A DNA stretch of 64,000 nucleotides from Basidiobolus meristosporus CBS 931.73 (taxonomy: Eukaryota; Fungi; Basidiobolomycota): positions 124,001-188,000 of the forward strand of contig MCFE01000006.1 in assembly GCA_002104905.1 (NCBI GenBank), read 5' to 3'. The notes under the pieces were generated by a model. The model saw only the letters and a program-made list of their open reading frames with translations. It was not told where the DNA came from and did no database searches. Shown piece by piece: positions 27,458 through 37,989 of the stretch (its first letter is position 1; the number at the start of each line of letters is the position of its first letter). The position numbers and the translations under genes were made by a program.

Positions 27458-30044
27458 ATGGAAGAAACCCTACCAAAGTCACGTCCCATTTACAACTTGA
27501 GTGAATTGGATAAGTGGGATAGTACTGCCGATGAGTTTTGGCAAACTTTTGCAAGATCTCTCCCTTTGGCCAATCGACCAGAGCGTAGCACTCTTGAAAG
27601 AGAGGAGTTCGCTGACAACTGGAAGAAGATACCCGGGAAAGTTTTGGTTTGCCATGACATGGCGGGCGGTAAAGTGCACATATCAGAAGTACTCAGATCC
27701 TCCAAATTAATTGTGTGCTGTTTCCTCTTCTGTCTAGGATACAATGAGGACTGCTCAGTTCAGGGTGAAGCAGTAGGGGAGAAATATAATCTCCAATATT
27801 GGCAATATTTGGATTATTTTGTCTATTTCTCTCATCATCGAGTGACCATCCCTCCTGTTACGTGGATTAACGCTGCACATAAGAACGGTGTCCCGGTCTT
27901 GGTTGGTGTTTATGGCTGTTGGTACTACCAGAATTGAGGTATAATGCTGGTTTTGTTTCAGGGTACATTTATAACCGAGTGGGAGGAGGGTGCTCAAGAG
28001 ACTAGCAAGTTACTCAAAAATGCGGAGTTTTATGCAAACCAGCTAGGTTGGTGATCTCATTATTGAAGTAGTTCGTTGCGGCTGGCTTGGTTGATTGCAT
28101 TCACAAAAGCCACATTCTCGCGATTATGTGCTAATCCAACGGGCAATCTACATTAGCCGATGTAGCTGCGTGCTACGGGTTCGATGGTTGGCTGTTAAAT
28201 ATTGAAAACGTGTTTCTCAACCTTGAAGAAGATACAGAACACATGATCAGCTTCATCCGTATATTGACGGAGCAAATGCACAAAAAAGTCCCCAATTCTA
28301 AAGTCATATGGTAAACGCCACTTTTTGATCCATATATCTCGAATGTTGGCTAACGGAGTTCCTTGTCCAGGTACGATTCTGTGACTGTAGAGGGGCTCCT
28401 GGCCTGGCAAAATCGATTAAACCTGTTGAACCTTCCATTCTTTGATGTATGTGATGGGATCTTCTTGAATTACACATGGGGTAGACTATACCCTAAGGTA
28501 TCTTCACTAGCAGCTGGAGAGAATCGGAAGTTTGACGTCTTTGCTGGAATCGATGTTCATGGGCGAAATACCTTCGGTGGTGGAATGTTCGATACATACA
28601 AGGTGGTAGCCAATCTGGACGGTATTGTATTATAGCATTCAACTCCACAATATTTATGGTTCTTTAGGCGCTTCACGTCATTGCAGACGCGTCCATCTCC
28701 GCTGCTATATTTGCTCCAGCCTGGACATATGAAAACTTCCAAGGTCGAAATTTTACAGACAATGAAGCAAAGTTTTGGATTGGAAATGGGTGTAAGTATG
28801 CTCGGGTCAGAGGATGCTCGTTTGGTCTCCGAAGAAAGCTAAAAGTTTTTTGTAGTAAACCACCATAGTGTTTCGCAGTTTGTCAAACCGCATGTTGCTC
28901 CTGGAGATATCCAATTTGTTACCAACTTTGATCAAGGCATTGGGACTCAATTTTCTATACATGGAAAGGTGATAATTTAAGAATTGCCAGGAAGCAGTAT
29001 TTACACTAACAATGCCTTTAGATTGTTCACAAGGGTAGTTGGTTGAATTTCAGCCAGCAAAGCCTGGTACCTACGTATCGTAATTGGGCGACAGAAATCA
29101 TATCCCAGGCCCCGTTAATCTTGAATTCTTCAGTAACCAACGAAATTAGTTTCTATGGCGGCTCAAGCTACCGATTAGAAATAGAAACCATCTCCCAAGA
29201 TTTTATCGATGATGCGGTATCCTTATTCCCGATTTTTGATACGAACGTCGCGCTTTCAGACTACACTGTGCTCTCTGTGGTCTATGATCACGGACAGATT
29301 CTAAGCCACCGTATGGAGTTGAACCTGCTGCTTAGGTTACGTCTGGAAGATGACCGCTACATATACTTATCCCCGAGCGGGGATGGTGTGACGGGGACAA
29401 TATTTGAAAACAACCCTCCAATGGCACCTTTATTTGAGAGAGAGATTCCAGGAACAGATTGGTCAGTTGCAGTGTTCGACCTTGGCAAGTTGAAGGACAC
29501 CCGAGTGACTCAAATCGACGGCGTGGTAATAATAAAAGGGCTGATCTCAGCGCCTGACACCACGTTACATCAGCTCCATATCGGAGAAATTAAGATATAC
29601 CAAGAGCGTAAGATCAAGTACAAGGAGGTGGATTTGGCTAATCTCATGAGCGATTTGTTCTACATCTCAGAGTTGCCACAGCCATTAAACCTCAGGAGTT
29701 CGAAAGCAATCGTCAAAGGGCCTGTGTTCAACGGGATAGAATCGAAGGTGGATTACCAAATCCAGCTGACTATATCGTGGGATTCGACCCGGTTCAGAAT
29801 GTTCAACGTTTATGCGGTGACTCCAACGTCGAAGAAGTACCTGGGCACATCGTTCTGTGACTCCTACCGAGTGCAATTATCCACAAATGCAATTGGAGCT
29901 CAGTTGGATGAAACATCCAGCGAACGGATTGGCTTCCCGTTGAAATTTCAAGTGCAGGTAGTGAACGACTTGTATCAGGTCACCAATCTTGAGATTTCAC
30001 CGCTGTTAGATGTATTTGTAGATTTGCCTGCTTCAGTCAATTAG
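27458..30044 (+). CDS. Cytosolic endo-beta-N-acetylglucosaminidase (GH85, ENGase), multi-exon
   Basis: VLVCHDMAGGY, WQYLDYFVYFSHHRVTIPP, AAHKNGV, GFDGWLLNIEN, WYDSVTVEGLLAWQNRLN, DGIFLNYTW, GIDVHGRNTFGGG and AIFAPAWTYE motifs. Long last exon 29043-30044. Confidence 0.9.
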
Positions 30045-30595
30045 TGTATCGTTAACGGTAATCTTCAGTCGTTCGGTAATCAGTCTAATAAATGCATATA
30101 TAGTGGTTCCATTGAAGCGACCCGCCTCAACCAGGCGATTGCCCTTGCCAACACATGAGTGCCATATTGACCGACAACACGTCCTTCGAATTGTCTGATC
30201 ATGCCAGCAAGCCTTACGTGATACTGGTGATGGGACACAGGGTACGGATGTTGTACGGATCATCTTGGATGTATATGGAGAAGTATGCTCTACATACACT
30301 TTCATTTCTACGGGGTAATGCATGCATGTTATCATTCTCCATTATCATCGCATATGATCGTATCCATAATTGGTGTGAATCATCAGTTGAATAAGCTGTT
30401 TAGAACAGTACTCCCAGTGATATAAAAAATAGTCTTATTCTTGACTCTATCTCCCCTGCCCAAATATAGGATCCAGGAATGTGCACCTCATTGGTGGAGT
30501 AGCTTGTGTACACCTAGCCTTTTCGTTTTACATAAGCTTTCATCTCAGCTATCCATACCTATCCTCCTTATTGTTCAGCAATATATCAAAGAACC

Positions 30596-30924
<329 letters not shown>

Positions 30925-32017
30925 GCATATTCATTGTGTCCATCATCTAGGGTCGTCTCTTGCTTTTCGCTTAATAAAAGAACCCAAAATTCTAAGTGCA
31001 AAGTCGAGTTCCTAGAGCCATGTCATCTGGGGGTCGCTCCTGACAACACCAGGCGCCGAGGGTGGCGGTGATATTGAGGCTATTTTACAGGCAGAACATA
31101 GTGAATTTAGTGCAGCATATCTATTCAGGTGTTGTTGAGTATAATGGTGGCAAGATGAGACGAAAGGGATCTTGACATTCCCCTCAGCCTCGCCTCTCTC
31201 AGTGATGTATAAGCTACGAAATATCCATAACCCACGGCAATGCCATGGTTAGTGCACAGATCACTTCTACGCTGAGGACCAACATTCAGTCTATTGGAGA
31301 ATTCGCACACGATAAAGGTTACTAGTAATATCTGTAGACTTTAGCGTTGTACTGATCTGAAAATACATGATTCAAATATAATTCGATGCATTGCATATCT
31401 TGACATGTATTGGAATAAATCAAGCCCGAGATGAGTTGAAGGTTATATTCCAAAAACGTAATGTCAAACTTGAGCAGAAGAGTTTTTATCACATTGAGAG
31501 AAGGCAGCTATGGAGTAATCACCTCTGCTTCGCTTTATTGAACCATACCCACGAATACTTCCAGCAAAACTCCAAGGATGAGCTCATCATCTGATGATAT
31601 TCTAGAATCCCAGAGAATAGGAATAAATCCCAAAATTTGATATTTGTTGTGCGGCAGTTAATACAAACATGAACTTTTGGTCAATGCTGCGAAATACTCA
31701 CCAACCCGAGAAGGGTAGAGTCGCCAACCTTGGCTAGATGCCCAATACAATCGCATTCCTCTTCAACTTATTGGATAGAATAGAAGATTATCAAATGTAA
31801 CCCTTGAGCGATATCGAAACTTTAGACATAGTTCTCATTCCATACGGAAGTTGCTGCTCTCCAACGGTCTCGATAGTATCGCTACCGATGTGTATTTCCA
31901 CTTTAAATTCATTTCCATCAGGCAGTTAGTAAGCTTCGTAATATGAATGATGCAATAGAACGGGATCCTTGGTAATTAATCTTTGTATATTACTCGATTC
32001 TGATAGTGACTGTCATA

Positions 32018-32956
32018 TTATAGAGAGATAAACTGAAATACTGTCGCCTCATCCATTGTTTTCACTCTCAACGGCTCTCCATAACTCGCTTTGAAGAACT
32101 CTACACTATAGAAATACATTCCATCCGAGATCACAAACATGCTCTTATATTTTGTAGGAATCAGCTTGATATTGAGCTGCGGCTTCTGATCAAATAAGTG
32201 TATCTTGTACAGATTGGTGCATCTATCACAAACTGTGAACGCATTGTGTTGTTGGTGCTCGGCAGCCTCATAGCTCAGGGTCTCTTCATCCACGCCGATA
32301 CCTAGATAGCCAATGTCGCCAAATGCAGATCTAACGTATATATCATCATCAACGTCAATACGGAATGTGATGCCTTGTGAATAGTTGTGCGAGCCAAATA
32401 TCAAGAAGCCTTCGTACAGATCAGTGGAACACATGCCATTTTCACCACATATACTTAGCTTGAATTTGGCATCTGGAGTAAATAGGCTCACTCCATCTGC
32501 TGACACGAGCTGATCACCGGAAGGGCTTGGAGTGATGTCTGGAGCGGTGTAGTCATTGAGAGTATCCAAATAGGCCAACTGCACAATCAGCGCCCGATCC
32601 GGATCATCTTGGAATTGCAGACTCTCGTCCAGATATTGGTCGCCATGTTTGAAGACAAGCAATTCGATATCTTCATCGAAGTCGGGATGGTATTCAAGTT
32701 GGACAAACTCGTTGCTCTGTTCGTGATTTAAGCTGACGGCATTGTTCTGAACGATGAGGGTGTTGGTTCTCGGAATAGCTTCGTAATCGTCAACTCCTTC
32801 TTCGTTGAGCATCAAACAGCTGGGAGCTCCAATGAATACGGAACCATTCAGAAAATGACCGTCTCTAATCTCTAAAGCACCATCATTGATGCATATGTAT
32901 TTGTACTCCCCAGTAATGATGAAACGGAATATGTAGCCTTCGATCTCATCATACAT
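32018..32956 (-). CDS. Hypothetical acidic, beta-strand-rich protein (312 aa, intronless)
   Basis: Open 312-codon ORF with ATG and natural amino-acid composition; no signal peptide; no family recognised. Confidence 0.7.
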   Translation of the reverse strand: MYDEIEGYIFRFIITGEYKYICINDGALEIRDGHFLNGSVFIGAPSCLMLNEEGVDDYEAIPRTNTLIVQNNAVSLNHEQSNEFVQLEYHPDFDEDIELLVFKHGDQYLDESLQFQDDPDRALIVQLAYLDTLNDYTAPDITPSPSGDQLVSADGVSLFTPDAKFKLSICGENGMCSTDLYEGFLIFGSHNYSQGITFRIDVDDDIYVRSAFGDIGYLGIGVDEETLSYEAAEHQQHNAFTVCDRCTNLYKIHLFDQKPQLNIKLIPTKYKSMFVISDGMYFYSVEFFKASYGEPLRVKTMDEATVFQFISL

Positions 32957-34546
32957 GGTTCATAAACAAGATGCACAAATCGTGGAAATTTGAAACGATG
33001 AAAAGTAATTAACAGCAATGCCATTGTTTTTGTCAGCGTCTTCATACATATATGATTCGCTTCATCCCCTGTATCTTATCTATGACATGGTACCAGTGAG
33101 TGGCACAGAAATCGTATACAATCAGAGTCGGGTCCATACAAGGCAAACAGAAGCATTGATTTCTCCCACCACAATTATATTTGGGAAACCATTTAATATT
33201 GGATTGATCCCGTAGATAATGTCCATTGCTCAGTGCAATAGCTCAATTCCAATCGTTTTCTCGTTTGAATGATGGTTTTCCTTCTCTTCAACATCTGCAC
33301 AGTACTTGGTCTAGTCACCCAGATCTTTGCATAAATCACAAGGTGTCTGTATAAAATCAGAAATTTAATATGTAGTATGATGTTACTTGATATACCATCA
33401 TATGGCCCAGGTGAGCCTCCAAGAGATTAAAACAGTATTTATGGAGACATAGCCTTGTACTGCATTCCTCCTACTCTCCGTATTCACAACCACTTCCAAT
33501 ACAAAGAATGATAGTTGACACGAATATGAAAATTTAACAGGGGTCAGGACTGCTGCAGTCATGGTCATTTGATTCCACGATTTCTGACAAGCCAAGTCAA
33601 ACACCTAGTCCAGGCTGAGGAGTCGAGCCATCGGCATTTCATTTTTCACTAATCAATGTGTGTGCATCTTGTGTGAGCACATATAAATGTTGTGGCACTG
33701 ATCATTTGCATCACTCACCACACTCACCGCACCCACTTCTGATAACAAGCATGCATCATCAAGGGAAGGGGTCAGGTAGTGCTATCGAAGTACTAGTGTC
33801 GCACAAAACACAAGTAATAGGTGGAAGTAGAGTAGGGTACTATTAAAGTTGCACTCAATGTTTATGCAGAATCAAACGACAATCGTTTACCGATACACTT
33901 CTGTGTAGTATCTTCTCAACAATGAAACCCTGGCCAAAACTGGCGCTAATTACAGCCAGAATAGTACTAAACGGGCTTTAGGTTGATGCGACGGCAAAGG
34001 CCATTTTTGATTTTCATGATCCATGTGGCCTTGTGACATACAATACGTCGGCCCCTATAATTTTTCTAAATAGTACTTATGCATTTCACCATTCCACATG
34101 CTGCCTGCTAAGAGCATCCCTGTGTGTCAATTTGAAACCTATTGCATGTCTTAGTAAGAGATATAGATATGAATTGAAGTTCAAGTCTAAAGATGCACAG
34201 ATGGCGAAAAGTATCCTACATATATGAGATATGCAAACTAAATGTTTAGCCTCGTTTTACGAAACTCTGTTCAAATCATTACCATCGATTTGAGCTGGGG
34301 AATATATGTCTCCTCATCTGCAGCGCTTTGCCCACAGACAGTCATCCCATTATTGTTGAACTAATTTATTATAGGAAATAAGTCAGAACCATCGATATTG
34401 AAGTATATTGCCACGTTCACCTGTGGCATGTTGCGCATTTTTGGGGAGCTTTGGGTTTTGAATCTGAATCACTGTGTTCTATTCTCTAGCAACCATTACC
34501 TGGTATTAAGCACCATCCAACATCTTCTGAAACATTGCCAAGGGCT

Positions 34547-34553
34547 TATATAA
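34547..34553 (+). promoter_or_regulatory. Putative TATA box of the secreted Gly/Tyr-rich protein gene
   Basis: TATATAA about 60 nt upstream of the ATG at 34613, followed by a C/A-rich leader. Confidence 0.45.
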
Positions 34554-34612
34554 GGCACACAAACCCCATTGCTCACATCACTTGCAGTCGCTCCTACCCT
34601 CCTTCTCCTGCT

Positions 34613-35008
34613 ATGAAGTTCTTTGCTGTTCTCGGTTTCACTACTTTGGCTCTTGCCCAAACGCTCTTTGCGCAGGAGGCTCCAATTACCGAAGGCACCG
34701 AAGAGGTATCGGCCAAAAGCCAATTCCGGGATTCCAGCTGGTATCCTGGTACTTGGCTTGGCGGGTATGAAGGTGGGCTAGGAGGAGATTATGGCTCCAT
34801 TCCTCGCTATGGCCCTGCTTCCCGATATGGATCTCGATTTGGTTACGTTCCTCGTTATGGTGGAAGTCTTGGCCGAGGATACCTTGGTGGCATCTCCACA
34901 CCTCGTTATCGCGCTTGGGATGACTACGATGATGGTGTTGGATGGGATAGCGATGACAGCTATGTTGACTACGTTCCTGGTCCTGACAACCATATCTATG
35001 TTGATTGA
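34613..35008 (+). CDS. Small secreted Gly/Tyr/Arg-rich protein (131 aa)
   Basis: MKFFAVLGFTTLALAQTLFAQ is signal-peptide-like. Repeated (P/S)RYG motifs; acidic Asp/Tyr/Trp tail. Confidence 0.75.
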   Translation: MKFFAVLGFTTLALAQTLFAQEAPITEGTEEVSAKSQFRDSSWYPGTWLGGYEGGLGGDYGSIPRYGPASRYGSRFGYVPRYGGSLGRGYLGGISTPRYRAWDDYDDGVGWDSDDSYVDYVPGPDNHIYVD

Positions 35009-35605
35009 TCGAAATGAATCTTCGTAGATCAAGTCTCACTTTGTAGCTATTGTTTGAATAAATAGTTCGAGTTGACTGCAACGTATATACTGGGCATTAT
35101 CATTGTATGTAGTATTCGAGCTACCTTGAAGCAGAACAAGCTGATCACGAGCCAAATGGCGCATACTACAAAATCGGACTGCGAAGACGCACCTCGGGCC
35201 AGGAGATTTTCAAACCAGATTTCTAGGTTGCTTCAAATAATAATAATAACAACAACATCAGAGGCCTTTGATAGCTATTGAGTCATGAATATCGCAGAGT
35301 GAGCTGCAACAAAGGCCAATGGCAACCAGTTGACATGCTTCATCTAACACGCGAGGCTGTGGCTTTCAGAAGTGAAGCCCTCAATCTTGGAAATATAGGT
35401 GCAATAGAAAGGAGCAATTCCTTCTGTATCTATGTGAAATGAATCACTCAATATTGTCTAAGCCTGCAGCTCGTGCATTGGGTAAGGTATCGTCGCATAA
35501 AAGAGACTAGACATGAAATACAAACAAGCCGAGGGGCAAGTAAAGTAGATGCTCTTGCGAGTGGACGGGTTGGAAATAGTTTCATGGGAGAAGTATTCAG
35601 TTGGT

Positions 35606-36061
35606 TTATTGGGTCCTATGTGGTCTATAATCCCTCACATCATAATCAGACATCGTTTTACCTACTGGTATAGTACCAACATCTATCCCATATCCATAAT
35701 AGTCACTAGCAATAGAGCCACCTCCTTTGGCCTTTCCACCGAAGCGAGCTTGGATTTCACCAATTTCATTATTGGCAAAGCCTGTACCTTGGAAATTCCC
35801 GTTGAAACCTGCTCCAAGGCCACGCTGTTTGGTCACCTCGGCTGCAACTCTGGCGCGACCGCCCAGCTCCACTCCAGCATTTCCACTCAGCACTTTGCGA
35901 AGATACCCAAGGCGGGGATCTGTGAATATGTCTTTCAAGATCCAGTTGTCAATGTCCTGCACCTCTTCAGAAACCTCGGCAAGTCTGTTTACGGGCTGAG
36001 CCATCATAAGGCTACAGGACAAGAGGATACCTCCAACCAAAAACACTGAGTGAAATATCAT
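35606..36061 (-). CDS. Small secreted Gly-rich protein (151 aa)
   Basis: MIFHSVFLVGGILLSCSLMMAQP is signal-peptide-like. Intronless; convergent with the 34613-35008 gene. Confidence 0.7.
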   Translation of the reverse strand: MIFHSVFLVGGILLSCSLMMAQPVNRLAEVSEEVQDIDNWILKDIFTDPRLGYLRKVLSGNAGVELGGRARVAAEVTKQRGLGAGFNGNFQGTGFANNEIGEIQARFGGKAKGGGSIASDYYGYGIDVGTIPVGKTMSDYDVRDYRPHRTQ

Positions 36062-36893
36062 TTCAACGGAGGTGGCGCTGTACAGAACGGCGGATGGAAG
36101 GTAAGGTAATATAGACTACTGGAGACCAAAATGGTAACATTTCAAGAAGCAGAATTCGCCAGTCAAATAGTAGCCCATGGCCAGGTGTTTCATCCAACAA
36201 GGCTGTGAATCTAACGTATGAATCAAAGATTCATCTTTGAAACACCAAAAGGTATGGTAAAGCTGGGGCTGTTACAGGGCTGATGTGTAAGTGGCACTGT
36301 CACTTGAAACAGACGCTTTTTTGTTAAGTGACATACTCATCAAACAAAGCGACTATGATTCAAGAGGATCATGTTTGTCATGGCCTTTGACTCAAACGAT
36401 CTAAACCGAATCAAACCAAGATTTTGCTTAGTCCGTACAAATAAATACCGGTTCAATGGCCACGTTTTTTACTTTTGCTTACTCAAGGTCGGATTCTGCT
36501 TAGGTGTCCAATCGAGGTTTAACATATCTGTATGAATGCCTATTCTTCCAAGTACAGTAACTCTCTTATAATATCATTACCGCATGGTACAAGAGTTGGT
36601 TGCATTTGCATGGCTAATTCAATCCCATTATTACCACAACTGACCTATTGCAAATTATTTTAGTCAATTCCACTACAGCATAATCTCTGACAGAAACTTA
36701 CTATAATATGAAGTTAAATATGGTATAGCTTCTCAGCACATACTGTAGGCTTTCAAACAATCAAATCAAGCTCCTAAAGGCTAATGCTACTTGCATGCTT
36801 ACAATAATTCATCATACTCCGACATGACAGAAAAAGTCTTACTAACTTGGTGCAATGGTAATATATGTTAGTTAAGCATTGGTACCTGAGTGC

Positions 36894-37626
36894 CATTGTA
36901 AGATTTGTAGTAACGGTTAAATATTCCAATAGCTTGGTGCCTTAGTTGATAGCCTACAGGCTTAGAGTATCTTGTCCAAATTCCATGTCAGGATTTACTT
37001 CAACATTTCACCAGATCATCAGGCACCCAAACATGAGAAAACTCAAGCTCATTCAAACATCCACTAACTCAGCACACATGCTCTTGAGGCCTTTCTAACT
37101 GTACTTTATGAGTGTGTTTGCCAATACCATGTAAAAATTCAAACACAACATCACATCCAATCAACCATTAAGCAAAAACCATATAATCTACTTGATCTCC
37201 AACTCACTTTCAATATATGTAAAACTCTTAAAAAAGCTATGTGGCCCAAGCTCTCACTCTGGGATATCTGCTACTGATATCACTGGAACTTTTCCCTCAG
37301 CTCAAAAGCTAGATGTATATAACTACCAGGTCTGGAAGGAGAGGATGGATATGCTACTGCAAGAAAGAGGCCTCCAGTAAATTGTCATGGGAGAAGAATG
37401 TTCTCCTGAGGATATAGGAGAAGAAGCTTTAGTGTGCTTGGAAGAAATAGCATAGTGCCTTTGACTGCATTTGCCATAATGTCATATACAAGCTTCTAGC
37501 TCAATACTCAAGAGCAAAGAATGCTTGGAAGGCATTAAGTGATATATATTAGTCATGCTTTCCTGCCAGGAAAGTGTATCTTAGACAAACATATGTGGCT
37601 ACAAAGATGCCCCCAAGTGAATTAAT
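36894..37626 (+). mobile_element. Degenerate Copia 5' LTR plus start of gag (same family as the 37627-42311 element), interrupted by it
   Basis: Diverged match to the LTR and to gag (ITGTFPSAQKLDVYNYQVWKERMDMLLQERGL). Homology resumes briefly at 42317-42335 after the insertion. Start approximate. Confidence 0.75.
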
Positions 37627-37975
37627 TGTTGTAAAAATTCGTATTTCCACCTAAATATTCACCTAACTTAGTCACTTAGATCATTACCTTCAAATCCTAG
37701 AAAATACTGACCAAATTCCTTGTTGGGATTTACTTTGAGAATTTTCATGTTCTGGGTACCTGGTATTTTGGTGAAAATATTCTAAGTTGTCCAAACAGCC
37801 CCAAACTTTGCACACATGTTCTTGGGACCTTCCTTAACCTATTCTACGAGTTTGTAATGCCAAGACCAGGTAAAAGTATAAATACTACTTTTACATTCAA
37901 TAAATCATTAAGTGAAAACCACATAATCTACTTGTTCTCCCAATCACTTCCAGTATCTCCAAGACTCTTACAACA
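37627..37975 (+). repeat. 5' LTR (family A)
   Basis: TGTTGTAAAA...TTACAACA; TATAAA at 37877. Eight substitutions plus a 48-bp inversion relative to the 3' LTR. Confidence 0.95.
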
Positions 37976-37989
37976 GGTTATGAGCCCTG
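37976..37989 (+). promoter_or_regulatory. Primer-binding site complementary to the anticodon arm of initiator tRNA-Met
   Basis: GGTTATGAGCCCTG directly after the LTR is the reverse complement of CAGGGCUCAUAACC of tRNAiMet (sequence recalled from yeast). It contains the gag ATG. Confidence 0.85.

Noticed and set aside
37857-37979. 41-codon in-frame upstream extension of gag-pol starting at an ATG inside the 5' LTR (as given by the ORF track)
   Set aside because: That ATG lies upstream of the LTR TATA box (37877) and so is probably not on the transcript. The PBS-embedded ATG at 37980 is the expected start for this element type.
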